Shown: one piece after another, positions 10,551-22,345 of the stretch
How the letters are laid out: each line of letters begins with the position of its first letter
How positions within the stretch are numbered: the first letter of the stretch is position 1
Origin: Candidatus Bathyarchaeia archaeon
GTDB taxonomy: Archaea; Thermoproteota; Bathyarchaeia; Bathyarchaeales; Bathycorpusculaceae
NCBI GenBank assembly: GCA_050015395.1
Contig: JBEKBM010000002.1
Span: 1 to 64,000 of the forward strand
DNA length: 64,000 nt
Direction: 5' to 3'
Notes under the pieces: generated by a model
What the model was told of the DNA's origin: nothing
Seen by the model: the letters and a program-made list of their open reading frames with translations, nothing else
Databases searched by the model: none
Translations under genes and position numbers: made by a program

Positions 10551-11516
10551 TTACTTAAGCGCGATCTGTTTTTCTAATAGAGTTAGATACGTCTGGGGAT
10601 TCGCGAAATACTCTGCTTTAAGCGGTGGATAATTTTCCACGGCAAACCTTACCCCTTCAATTCCAAACTTCTCTAAAACAGCCTTTGCAAGCGCGTAGCC
10701 CAAGTAATATGAGACTCCTTTAATTATCTGAGAACTTCTGAGGATGTCTTTAGCCAGTTTCTCTTTATCCAGTGCTTGGTGACTCATTCGGTCCTTTTCT
10801 ACCGCGCTTTCGCCTTTTCTTGTATTCTCTATGTGGAACAGAAGTTCCATGCATTTTGAGCAGCCTGTCTGTAGCTCTTTCTCTAAAGAAGCCACTTCCG
10901 TTTCATAGCGCAAGCCCATGTTGCATAAGACTTGAAGTGCTATAGCCTCGCAACATCCTTCTTTGAAAACAGTCTTGAAAACGGCGTCTACGTATATGTT
11001 TAAAAGTTCCTGGTTCTTATTTGCATTTCTATCCTTCATGCCTTCGAGATATAGCTTAGCTGCCGATTGTAGGGATGACTTTGCGGGTTGCGAGATAATG
11101 GTGAATAGCAGTTTTTCTGAGAGCTCATGAGCACATACAGAAAGCATTTTTGTCGGGTAGTTTATCGCCATTTCTTCGCTTAAATATAACGCGTCATCTG
11201 GTGGGTTATAAAAAGCTAAATTTTCGAAAAATTGTGTCCCTAGATTTTTAGAGAGGGCTTCACTGACTTGTTTCCATTCAATGCTGTTGCGTATAATGCC
11301 GTTTTCTTCGAGATCATTTTGTATCCGTTGGATTAACTGATTGAGCATTGCTGAGTGCTTCAATATTTTGACATCGGTAAAGTAAGGAAAATTATAATGA
11401 TATAATTCCATCATTCTTTCGTGGATACTTTTGAGAGTTTGCTCGACTTCTTTGATTTTTTTGCTGTCTCTTTGAAAGTTTGCAGTTATGCCTTCTTTCG
11501 CGGCATGTGCTTTCAT
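10551..11516 (-). CDS. Hypothetical zincin-like protein
   Basis: AFYNP...CAHELSE...KEGCCE...YYLGY pattern; in tandem with cdc48 and hsp20. Confidence 0.55.
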   Translation of the reverse strand: MKAHAAKEGITANFQRDSKKIKEVEQTLKSIHERMMELYHYNFPYFTDVKILKHSAMLNQLIQRIQNDLEENGIIRNSIEWKQVSEALSKNLGTQFFENLAFYNPPDDALYLSEEMAINYPTKMLSVCAHELSEKLLFTIISQPAKSSLQSAAKLYLEGMKDRNANKNQELLNIYVDAVFKTVFKEGCCEAIALQVLCNMGLRYETEVASLEKELQTGCSKCMELLFHIENTRKGESAVEKDRMSHQALDKEKLAKDILRSSQIIKGVSYYLGYALAKAVLEKFGIEGVRFAVENYPPLKAEYFANPQTYLTLLEKQIALK

Positions 11517-11525
11517 GGGCTATGT

Positions 11526-13748
<2,223 letters not shown>

Positions 13749-13751
13749 TTA

Positions 13752-13781
13752 ATAACGAAATGTATATAAACATTTTGTTAT
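13752..13781. promoter_or_regulatory. Palindromic operator around a TATA box in the cdc48/regulator divergent promoter
   Basis: ATAACGAAATG-TATATAAA-CATTTTGTTAT, 11-bp arms with 1 mismatch. Confidence 0.65.
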
Positions 13782-13809
13782 ACACCATGTTTAAGGTAGG
13801 GCGTAGCCT

Positions 13810-14442
13810 GTGGAGTCAAATGACGACAAGATTCTCCAAATCGTTGGAAATGAAACTAGAAGAAAGATACTCACCACTCTTTCCGAGGAACCACGATACA
13901 TATCTGAAATATCCAAGCTGCTGGGAGTTACGCAGCCGGCTATTCTCAAACATCTCAGTATTCTCGAAAAAGCGGGTCTGATAAAGAGCTTCTGGAGAAA
14001 GAGTCCCGTCGGGGCGGCGAGAAAATATTATGTGATTTGTGACTCTGTAGGCGTAGAAATAGCCATTAACCCGAAAGTCTTCAGGGTCAATAAACAGCCC
14101 CAAAAATTAAGTTGCTCCAATTTTCTCAAGACAGAGCAAATAAGTAAACAGTTGATGGGCGAAATCAACGGAGCCAAGGATGCAACAACAAAAGCGGCCA
14201 AGGCGAAAGAATTAATCAGCGTAGTTGATACTCTTCTGTTATGTGCAGAATATGACAGAGGCCAGTGGAACTGCAAAATTTGTCATCAAGTGGCATCATT
14301 GCGGAAGGGTGCTTCTCAAATCACGATAGATGTGTCAATCGGAAACGTAGACTCAGGATTGCGCAAGCTTATAGACGCAATAGATCAAATTGCGACCGGC
14401 TTACAACCAACGCCAAACGTTAAGGATGGACATGCTGACTAA
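13810..14442 (+). CDS. ArsR-type wHTH heat-shock regulator (HSR1/Phr-like)
   Basis: GNETRRKIL..LSEEPRYISEIS..LGVTQPAILKHL..LEKAGLI...RKYY; adjacent to cdc48/hsp20. Confidence 0.8.
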   Translation: MESNDDKILQIVGNETRRKILTTLSEEPRYISEISKLLGVTQPAILKHLSILEKAGLIKSFWRKSPVGAARKYYVICDSVGVEIAINPKVFRVNKQPQKLSCSNFLKTEQISKQLMGEINGAKDATTKAAKAKELISVVDTLLLCAEYDRGQWNCKICHQVASLRKGASQITIDVSIGNVDSGLRKLIDAIDQIATGLQPTPNVKDGHAD

Positions 14443-14457
14443 TCGGCATTGTTAATT

Positions 14458-15042
14458 TTAACATGCACACTCGTTACTGTTTTTTGGGAAAAGTTTTTTC
14501 AGTTTCACTTGTAAGATATTGTTTCTGAAAGTGAACCTTGCCGTGTCTCGCTTAATGCATGTTGGAAGTTTAACTATTTCTAAGTACCTTTTCGTTGTGT
14601 TCTCAGTTGTTATGGTTATGGTATTGTCGTCTGCTTTTATGTGCACATCTTTTTCATCCACGCCCAGCAGTTCTGCCAAAACTACTATGTGGTCTGCCTC
14701 TTCAAAGACATCGACGAGAGGTTGCTTTTCTTTTATAACGCCCAGCGTATCAGGAAGTGATGCTGATCGTGGAACTTTAGCTTTCCCAGTAGTCATTGGT
14801 CGTGTTAAGTGAAAACCATAGGCGCGTTCTCTTAAAGAAATTGCTGCCACTGATTGTCTTTTAGGAACTTGGGTTTGTACAAAGCTGATGAAGCTTGGGC
14901 ATCTTCGGCAACCGACTATGCTGACGCGGTCTTTCTTTATGCTCCTAACTCTCGGGCAAAAAACCCATTCAGCCCCATGGTTACCCCTAACTAGGCGTGT
15001 GGTTGTCCCTCTTCCGAAGGCTGTTTGGCATATAAGCCGCAC
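14458..15042 (-). CDS. Hsp20 with Cys-rich N-terminal extension
   Basis: PLVDVFEE...AELLGV...FRNNILQVKL; FCPR...GCRRCPSF upstream. Confidence 0.8.
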   Translation of the reverse strand: MRLICQTAFGRGTTTRLVRGNHGAEWVFCPRVRSIKKDRVSIVGCRRCPSFISFVQTQVPKRQSVAAISLRERAYGFHLTRPMTTGKAKVPRSASLPDTLGVIKEKQPLVDVFEEADHIVVLAELLGVDEKDVHIKADDNTITITTENTTKRYLEIVKLPTCIKRDTARFTFRNNILQVKLKKLFPKNSNECAC

Positions 15043-15069
15043 TGAACATTCCCTCTCTTTTTGCTTTTA

Positions 15070-15084
15070 CTAACTTAGAGTTAG
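15070..15084. promoter_or_regulatory. HSR1-type heat-shock operator CTAAC-N5-GTTAG
   Basis: Exact CTAAC-TTAGA-GTTAG 28 bp upstream of the hsp20 start; matches the motif reported for A. fulgidus HSR1. Confidence 0.7.
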
Positions 15085-15126
15085 AACCCGCATATTTTTA
15101 AGTTATGAGTTATGACATGGCTACAA

Positions 15127-16217
15127 TAGACCTTAGTCGTTATTATTTTTAGTTCTTTGTTGTAGGTTTTATCGCTTTTTTGGAGCCTTTTCAGATAAGC
15201 AATGTCCCCGTTATTCGAAAGTTAACCAGTCCACACACTATGTCTGTCGCTTTATCGTAATGTTTAAGGCGATTCCTAAACTCATCAGCCCATATGTGAA
15301 ACTTCTTCAGCCTAGAAAAACGTATGCTCAACCACCACCCTCTCCTTTGAAAGCTCCTTATTGAAAGCTTTCTGCTCAGGCGAAAGCTCAGGACCCTTCT
15401 TGCCCCGTTTGCCTCGTCCAGGATTCTTCCTCTTGAAAGGCAATACACAGTTTAGCTTTGGATAATCAGTCTTTATGCCCTTATAGCCCAAATCTAAACC
15501 TAACCGGACGTTATCCGGCAAGTCTGGATGGCTATGCTTATACAAGGCGTAGTCATGAGTGCTTCCCCTAACATGAGCTGTCTTATGGACTATAAACCCG
15601 TTTTGATTCACTGTTATCTGGGTTTTTACGGTATGTTTCTTTTTCTTGCCGCTGTAGTGAGTCTTTTGTTTACGCTTGGCTTTGGGTCTTGGGATCTCCT
15701 GTTCAGTTGCGTCCAAGAAAGCCTTGGAGCCAGGGAACATGGCTTCAATTTCATCAACTGTCTCTATCTTCCTAACTTTGTCATGCTCTTTTTTTGGCAG
15801 CGGCAGCACCTCGCTAACCAGAGGTTCTAACTTTCTGATGGTTTTTAGCACGCTGGTCTGGCTAACGCCGAAGAGGTAGCCTAGCAAAGTTGATGATGTG
15901 TACATGTGGTAGTACAGCAGCAGCATGAGTAAATGGTCTGTTAGTGAGCGGTTGAATGGGTGGCCTGCGCCGACTGCTCTTTTTCTATCTGCTCTGAAGA
16001 GCCTTTTTTGCTCATAGGCATCGTATTTCTCTTTTATCTTCAGGTTTAAGGTGTCAAATTCTTGAACTTCAAGGCCTGAAAAATTCCTGAAATATGAAGG
16101 CTTTTTTGATAATACGTCGTAATTTAGCATGCAAACACCCCAAAAGCCAAATATTGCACCTATAGGCTAATACAACCTTCGTTTCAGCGCTAAAATCCTA
16201 ATTAATACTAATGTCTA
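15127..16217 (-). mobile_element. IS5-family-like insertion sequence
   Basis: Terminal inverted repeats TAGACCTTAGT (15127) / ACTAATGTCTA (ends 16217) enclosing a DDE transposase. Confidence 0.85.
15191..16130 (-). pseudogene. HTH + DDE transposase, frameshifted near 15316-15320
   Basis: FLDATEQ, YSGKKKKHTVK, DLGYKG, ERVVVEH; the tail SRLKKF...GLVNF lies in another frame after a T5 run. Confidence 0.85.
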
Positions 16218-16468
16218 TTAGACTTTCAAGATAACACAGATTCCTTCAGGATAATGCCTAGTTATTCTCTGAAATACTGTGTTTAAAGCTGACTTAAACT
16301 CTCATTCCTCTAACAAGAAATAGCTTATTTTCTAAATGTTGAAACTTACGCCAGTAATTATACTTGAGATTCACGTGCTGGTAGAGGTTAAAATGCTGTG
16401 AGCCCATAGTCACATATCCTTAAGTAGGTTGCAGAACATGTATTGTTTGTAATAGAGGTGAATTTTTT

Positions 16469-16885
16469 ATGGCTGATATTGTAGATACTGCTATTGCAGC
16501 GGGTTCTTTCAAAACCCTTGTTGCAGCTGTTACGGCAGCAGGATTAGTTGATACACTAAAAGGCAAGGGACCGTTCACGGTTTTTGCACCAAATGATGAG
16601 GCTTTCGCTAAATTGCCCAAAGGCACAGTTGAAGGTCTTCTAAAAGACAAACCGAAATTGACGGCGGTTCTAACTTACCATGTTGTCGCTGGAAAAGTCA
16701 TGGCGGCAGACGTTGTGAAGCTTAAGAGCGCAAAAACTGTTCAGGGACAGGAAGTCAAGATTGATGCGTCCAAATGGCATCTTCACAAGAACGTAAAGAT
16801 AAACGATGCTGAAGTAGTCAAAGCAGATATTGTTACAGACAACGGCGTTATCCATGTAATCGATAAGGTACTGATGCCAAAGTAA
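16469..16885 (+). CDS. Single-domain fasciclin (FAS1) protein, no signal peptide
   Basis: [31 protein letters not shown]; GAGGTGA RBS. Confidence 0.95.
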   Translation: MADIVDTAIAAGSFKTLVAAVTAAGLVDTLKGKGPFTVFAPNDEAFAKLPKGTVEGLLKDKPKLTAVLTYHVVAGKVMAADVVKLKSAKTVQGQEVKIDASKWHLHKNVKINDAEVVKADIVTDNGVIHVIDKVLMPK

Positions 16886-17022
16886 AAACGCATTAAATAT
16901 ATTCCTCTTATTATTTTTCGTTTTATTTTTTAATTTTTAAATGAGTACTCAAACGAAGAAGTGACCGTTAATTTAATTGATCTAAAATACCGAAGTAGAA
17001 AAAGTAGAAGGGAGGAATAACT

Positions 17023-17853
17023 ATAAACTACAAAGAAAGACAGGAAATAATAGCTAAATCGCCAATATCTTTCAGCTATCTGAAAAAATTCAACATTGGT
17101 GCAGGCATTCTGCAACTAATAAACGGCATCGTTATTCTGTCGCTGACATTTCTTTTAAAATGGCCCCACGGAACGAACATTTACACTTTCTACCTCCAAT
17201 TCCAACACGTTAGTCCAACAAATATCGCAATTACAGTATTCCCAAACCCTCAAGTGCTCTTCACAATTAGCCATTTAGGGGTGTTGCTAGCTGCTTTTCC
17301 GCTAATCTCCGCAGTTGACCACTTCCTTGTTGCCTTCCCAAGAAACCAATCTTACAATGAAAACCTAAAGAAAGGGATGAACCCCTACAGATGGTTCGAA
17401 TACGCGTTTTCAAGTTCAATAATGATCTGGGTTATCTCGACTTTCGTCGGAATCTGGGACTTCTGGTCCTTAGCAATGATATTTGTCTTGAACGCACTGA
17501 TGATAATGTTCGGCTACCTAATGGAGATCATAAATCAAAAAACCGAGAAAACAAACTGGTCCGCTTTCATCTTAGGCAGCATCTCAGGAGGCTTCCCGTG
17601 GGTGGTGTTGTTCGCTTACTTCATAGGAGACGTCATAGCAAGTGATAACAGCGTGCCAAAGTTCGTATACTTGATATTCTTCATTTATCTTGTTCTGTTC
17701 ATGAGTTTCGCAGTTAACATGGTTCTCCAATACAAAGGCATCGGACGCTGGAAAGACTACCTATACGGGGAAAGAGCATACATAGTATTGAGCTTCGTAG
17801 CAAAAACACTGTTAGTCTGGCTCGTATTCGCTGGCTTATTCAAACCGTTCTAG
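17023..17853 (+). CDS. Heliorhodopsin (frame open from 17008; probable start ATA at 17023)
   Basis: NPYRWFEYAFSSSIM (counterion Glu), GYLME, YLYGERAYIVLSFVAK (retinal Lys, SxxxK); TM1 KKFNIGAGILQLING is upstream of the ORF-track start; GGAGGA at 17011-16. Confidence 0.9.
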   Translation: MNYKERQEIIAKSPISFSYLKKFNIGAGILQLINGIVILSLTFLLKWPHGTNIYTFYLQFQHVSPTNIAITVFPNPQVLFTISHLGVLLAAFPLISAVDHFLVAFPRNQSYNENLKKGMNPYRWFEYAFSSSIMIWVISTFVGIWDFWSLAMIFVLNALMIMFGYLMEIINQKTEKTNWSAFILGSISGGFPWVVLFAYFIGDVIASDNSVPKFVYLIFFIYLVLFMSFAVNMVLQYKGIGRWKDYLYGERAYIVLSFVAKTLLVWLVFAGLFKPF

Positions 17854-18010
17854 ACATTAACACAATCTTCCCCTTTTTTTAGGGAGAAAATAGCGCGCAG
17901 AAAAGATTCAGAGTAATTTAAAATAAAAGGCTCAAAAAAGATTTAAAACTCGCGAAGCAAAGTAAAAGAAAGCGTTAATCGATCGATTCGACTCTACAGA
18001 ATGTGAGTAA

Positions 18011-18620
18011 GTGCACATGAGTGAAAACATGAAAGTGAAATGCTGTGCGGGATCCATTATGAAAGTCAAAATGGTTAACCGTTTTTCCAAGGATTCAGGA
18101 ACAAAAACTCAATTGGAACAACCGATATTCCCAGCAATTAGGGTCAATACAAATAGTTCAGGCTTTGCAGCTTCCAATTTAGGATTAAATTCTGCAAGCC
18201 CCGCTACAGACGACATTGTGGTGGTTGAGGATCTTCGAAAGACCTATGGCAAGGACATTTTAGCCGTAGACGGTATCTCTTTCCGAGTGCATAAGGGTGA
18301 AATATTTGGTTTTCTTGGGCCTAATGGTGCAGGAAAAAGCACCACAATAAAAATCCTTACGACTTTGTTAGAAAAGAGTTCAGGAAAGGCCACGATTGAT
18401 GGGTTGGACGTAGATGCCGACCAGGCACAGGTTAGACGCATTATTGGATACTCCTCCCAGGATGTAGGAGTGGATGATGACCTTACCGCACGTGAGAACT
18501 TGCTCTTACAGTGTGAGTTTCACCACATTCCCAAAGATAAAGCCAAGAAAAAAGTAGAGGAGCTGCTTGAGACTGTTAGGCTTATTGAGGCGGCTGATCG
18601 CAGATTGAAAACCTTTTCTG
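18011..18620 (+). pseudogene. DrrA-like ABC ATPase truncated just before the signature motif
   Basis: GFLGPNGAGKST Walker A and Q-loop; breaks at RLKTFS where IS sequence begins; no Walker B, no permease. Confidence 0.85.
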
Positions 18621-18827
18621 CTCGTAAGCAGGATATTTCTCTTTTATCTTTGAGTTTAAGGCGTCAAACTCTTGAACTTCAAGGCCTGAAAAATTCCTGA
18701 AAACTGAAGGCTTTTTCGACAATACGTTGTAATTAAGCATGCAAATAACCCAAAAGCCAAATATTGCGCTTATAAACTAATAAAACCTTCGTTTCAGCGC
18801 TAAAACCTTAATTAAAACTAAGGTCTA
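18612..18827 (-). mobile_element. Partial second copy of the IS (transposase 5' end and one terminal repeat)
   Basis: Diverged direct repeat of ~16002-16217; ends ACTAAGGTCTA, a perfect inverse of TAGACCTTAGT. Confidence 0.85.
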
Positions 18828-19003
18828 ATATATTTTTATGCCATAATTTAGCGTTTTACTCATGGAGAACATTATAAAGGCTTGTTTCTTTAATTTAAAA
18901 AATACTCTGCTTTATGTGTCGATTTTCGAATCGAATACTGTTTTCTTCACTTGAATACTGCTTAAGTAAGATCACGATAGATAGTTTGATAGGTGAAAAT
19001 AAA

Positions 19004-19231
19004 ATGGTATCACAAAGTCCGGATACGGGTAGCTTAGCCGAAGTTCTTGATCGAGTACTTGATAAGGGAATAGTCGTCGACGCGTGGGCAAGGGCTTCGT
19101 TGGTTGGTATCGAAATTTTAACCATCGAAGCAAGAGTGGTGGTCGCGTCAGTTGACACCTTCCTGCACTACGCCGAAGAAATCACAAAAGTGGAACAAGC
19201 TGCAATCGCTGCCCCCATCCCTGCAGCCTAA
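19004..19231 (+). CDS. gvpA: Gas vesicle major structural protein GvpA
   Basis: [51 protein letters not shown]; AGGTGA RBS before ATG 19004. Confidence 0.97.
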   Translation: MVSQSPDTGSLAEVLDRVLDKGIVVDAWARASLVGIEILTIEARVVVASVDTFLHYAEEITKVEQAAIAAPIPAA

Positions 19232-19262
19232 AGTCCAAAGCGAAATGTAGTTCGCAGTAGGG

Positions 19263-19625
19263 ATGACAGATATGCCTGCAGAAAAAATGAAAAAGAGCGT
19301 GGAAGCAACAGCTAAAACAGCGAAGGCAACAGAGGGAAGCGTGAACCCAAGTACAGTTAAAGGCAAAAAGACGTTATACCAGGAGACCGCCGTCAATTTC
19401 CAGTCAGCCGCCGCTGAAATGTTGGGGTCAGGCGTACGTGTCTTGCAAGAAGGCGTTCGCGATATGCAAGCAGGCATTAAGGAACAGATGCGTAAAAACA
19501 AGGAAGGCGTTGCTGACTTTCAAGCAGGCGTTGCTGACATGTTGTCAAATATTGTTGTCATGCGGTCAAGTATTGAGGCGCAGATGAAGGCGAACCAAGA
19601 GCACGTCAAGAAATTCTACGGATGA
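19263..19625 (+). CDS. Short GvpC-like helical repeat protein
   Basis: Position between gvpA and gvpN; heptad-like repeats (EGVRDMQ/AGIKEQM/EGVADFQ/AGVADML); ends FYG. Confidence 0.55.
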   Translation: MTDMPAEKMKKSVEATAKTAKATEGSVNPSTVKGKKTLYQETAVNFQSAAAEMLGSGVRVLQEGVRDMQAGIKEQMRKNKEGVADFQAGVADMLSNIVVMRSSIEAQMKANQEHVKKFYG

Positions 19626-19730
19626 CATACTTGTTCAAATAAGATAAGCATAGCTTCTATCTTCTCGTCCTCCTTTTTTTTATTGGGTCTCTATCGGATT
19701 CGCTATGAATGGCACCTAAAGGAGGTGAAA

Positions 19731-19895
19731 ATGTTGTTTAATATGCCGGTAAGTGCGGTGAACGCAAGAGAAAGAGATAAGAAAATAAGGTGGCTAAGGA
19801 AACATAGAGAAAGGGTGCAGTATTTTTCTGTGGTTCTCCGCCCACAAAGAGTTCGCATGTTGTGGGTACACGATCTTGCAAAAGAAGAAGTTTAA
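19731..19895 (+). CDS. Small basic hypothetical protein
   Basis: AAGGAGGTGA RBS before ATG 19731; Arg/Lys rich, 54 aa. Confidence 0.5.
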   Translation: MLFNMPVSAVNARERDKKIRWLRKHRERVQYFSVVLRPQRVRMLWVHDLAKEEV

Positions 19896-20098
19896 TTTAG
19901 GCGAACATCCATCTCATGCTACCAACTCACTTTATGGCACCGGTTTTGCAAAAAGTTGTTGTTACGTTTTTACCGCTTAACCTTAAATTCACTTCTTGGC
20001 TGATTTTTTATTTTCGAAACAGTTTTCGTAACGAAATTTTGAATATTGTTTAAAAAATTTGCCGTGATAATGATAACATGAGAAGGCTGACTTTTTAA

Positions 20099-21184
20099 AT
20101 GAAATTTGAACCTACCCATAAAAGAGTTGTGCGGGGCAAGCGGGTTCACGAAACAGCGGAGGAAAGACATTCAAAACAGGCATTGGAAAGAAGAACACGG
20201 GAACTCTCAGATATGCATGTAGAAACGGAGTGCTTGACGCCCGCAATTGAAAGTTTTATCGAGACTGAGCAGGTTAGGAAGCTAAAGGATAGAGTTAAAC
20301 TGTGGGTTAAAGCTGGGTGCTCTCCCCACATAGTTGGACCAACAGGTTGCGGAAAGACAACGCTGGCAATGCAAGTAGCAAAAGAGTTGGGAAGACCTAC
20401 CGTATGGATAAACGGCGACGACCAGATGACAACAACAGATCTAATAGGGGGATACTCAGAAATGGAAGCCGAGAGCCTGAGAGACAAATACATTCACAAT
20501 GTCTGGTTAACAAGAGAAACAGTGAAACGCCGGTGGGTTGATAATCCGCTAACGCTTGCATGCAAATACGGCTACACGCTAATTTACAACGAGTTCTCCA
20601 GGTCAAAGGCAGAAGCAAACAACGTTCTCCTATCGGTGCTAGAGGAACATGTACTCGAACTTCCAACAATGTTCGGAGAAGAAAGATACGTAAAAGTTCA
20701 TCCTGATTTCAACGTGATATTCACGAGCAACTCCATAGAATACGCAGGAGTACACAAACCACAAGACGCCCTGCTAGACAGAATGATAGACATATACATG
20801 GACTACTACGACTTTGATACAGAGACAAAAATCGTTCAGGCGCACTCTCGCGTCTCACTTCCTGAAGCGCAAAAAATTGTCACAGTCGTAAGGACAATGA
20901 GAGAAAAACTACCTGGGCCTCATAAACCCGGCACAAGATCAGAAATAATGATTTCTCAGGGTTTGAAGACTCTAGGCAACTACTCAAGCGAAGATTTTGA
21001 ACAGATATGCTTGGATGTTCTCGCAACCAAAATAGGCAACTCACTGGAGACCCTCAACAAAACCGACCACATAAAAGAAATACTTAACGAAGCCTACACT
21101 GAAGTCCAAATCGGGAAAACCAGCGCAACAATCCCAGCCATCAACGTCTGCAACACCTATGCCCACCAGAAACCGGAGGAATAG
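20099..21184 (+). CDS. gvpN: Gas vesicle AAA+ ATPase GvpN
   Basis: GPTGCGKT, WVDNPLTLAC..G.TLIYNEFSRSK.EANNVLLSVLEE, EYAGVH..QDALLDR. Confidence 0.95.
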   Translation: MKFEPTHKRVVRGKRVHETAEERHSKQALERRTRELSDMHVETECLTPAIESFIETEQVRKLKDRVKLWVKAGCSPHIVGPTGCGKTTLAMQVAKELGRPTVWINGDDQMTTTDLIGGYSEMEAESLRDKYIHNVWLTRETVKRRWVDNPLTLACKYGYTLIYNEFSRSKAEANNVLLSVLEEHVLELPTMFGEERYVKVHPDFNVIFTSNSIEYAGVHKPQDALLDRMIDIYMDYYDFDTETKIVQAHSRVSLPEAQKIVTVVRTMREKLPGPHKPGTRSEIMISQGLKTLGNYSSEDFEQICLDVLATKIGNSLETLNKTDHIKEILNEAYTEVQIGKTSATIPAINVCNTYAHQKPEE

Positions 21185-21186
21185 AA

Positions 21187-21474
21187 ATGGGAACGCAGAA
21201 GGCTTCAATATACAAAGTTATTGACAACGCGCTTGCCATAGCAGAGAAGTGCATTTCCAAGACTCCCGGGACCATAGTAGAAGTCAATGAAAAAAATGAC
21301 GAATGGACAGTTTTAGTTGAAGTTCTGGAGAGAAAGGCATGTCCTGACACTCAAGACATTCTAGGAAGATACCAGATCAGACTCACTAAGGATGGCGAAC
21401 TAATCGGCTGGACGCAGAAGATGATTAGAAGACGCTGCGACAGAATAACGCCAGAGCAAGCGGCAGAAGTATGA
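21187..21474 (+). CDS. gvpO: Gas vesicle protein GvpO
   Basis: WTVLVEVLERKACPDTQDILGRYQIRL...GEL. Confidence 0.9.
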   Translation: MGTQKASIYKVIDNALAIAEKCISKTPGTIVEVNEKNDEWTVLVEVLERKACPDTQDILGRYQIRLTKDGELIGWTQKMIRRRCDRITPEQAAEV

Positions 21475-21502
21475 CAACCAGCGACTAAACGGGGAAATAG
21501 CG

Positions 21503-22345
21503 ATGGAAACAACGTCCGCCTTCGGCACTCAAACATCTCCAAATAGAGAAGTCAAATGCCTAAACCACACCTTTCATCTTTACACACCGAAGGTCGACAA
21601 ATACACAATCCAGAGAGCATTTCTAATTCCTGCCCAAAACGAAAAGCAAATAGTGTATGTAACCACCAGCGACCAAGCAGCTCTGATGCGTGAGTTCAAC
21701 CCAGCGAATGTTAAGCTTAGAATTATCCCGCCCGAAGGACTCAAAGGACTCCAAAAAGAAGAAAACCGTGAAATGCAGCTCATCGTAGACGCAGGATCCA
21801 TGGTCGACCAGAAAAGCGCTGAAATTGAAGAAAGGGAGAATTTTCTGAACGCATTTTGCAAAGCGCGGAACATAGATTGCCTCTGCACATATGACGTTGC
21901 CAAACTTAGCTTTGAAAAAATCAAGCAATTGGCAGGCTACCACAATCAACTTCGCCTTACGACCAGTGATCTGACAATACTCTCTGGAGACTTGTTTGAT
22001 GAATCTAAAGTTTCAGGTGACTCCATCGAAAAAATGGTGAAGGACAATCTGGAAAACATCATCCTCGCTATCCTGCAAAAGGAGACGATGTGCGGGACCG
22101 ACATAATAGGAACTATACACTTGAAATTCAACGTTCTGCTGAGCCCTGGAACCATATACCCGCTGCTTCACTCGTTAAAACAGAAAGGATTACTATCAGT
22201 TAAGAAGTCTGGCAAGGAAATAGTCTACGCTCCAGTTGAAGACGCTAAACCGAAAATTAGAAGAATAGTTAATGAGCACATTCAAGCTCGCAGGTTTTTG
22301 AATCAATATTTGCAAGAGGAAATAAAATTCAGAGGTGCTGAGTAA
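21503..22345 (+). CDS. MEDS-like sensor fused to PadR wHTH (GvpE-like regulator)
   Basis: N-terminal H.FHLY...CLCTYD; C-terminal IILAIL...GTDII...F.VLLSPGTIYPLLHSL. Confidence 0.7.
   Translation: METTSAFGTQTSPNREVKCLNHTFHLYTPKVDKYTIQRAFLIPAQNEKQIVYVTTSDQAALMREFNPANVKLRIIPPEGLKGLQKEENREMQLIVDAGSMVDQKSAEIEERENFLNAFCKARNIDCLCTYDVAKLSFEKIKQLAGYHNQLRLTTSDLTILSGDLFDESKVSGDSIEKMVKDNLENIILAILQKETMCGTDIIGTIHLKFNVLLSPGTIYPLLHSLKQKGLLSVKKSGKEIVYAPVEDAKPKIRRIVNEHIQARRFLNQYLQEEIKFRGAE

Noticed and set aside
15312-15325. Programmed frameshift in the transposase
   Set aside because: Only a T5 run close to the C-terminus; mutation or sequencing error is more parsimonious
17023-17853. Type-1 proton-pumping rhodopsin
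   Set aside because: Has SxxxK and RWxEY heliorhodopsin signatures, not DxxxK with a DTD/DTE motif
18621-18700. Novel C-terminus of the ABC ATPase
   Set aside because: It is read-through into the antisense strand of the IS remnant
18914-19003. N-terminal extension of GvpA in the ORF track
   Set aside because: RBS and family homology place the start at ATG 19004
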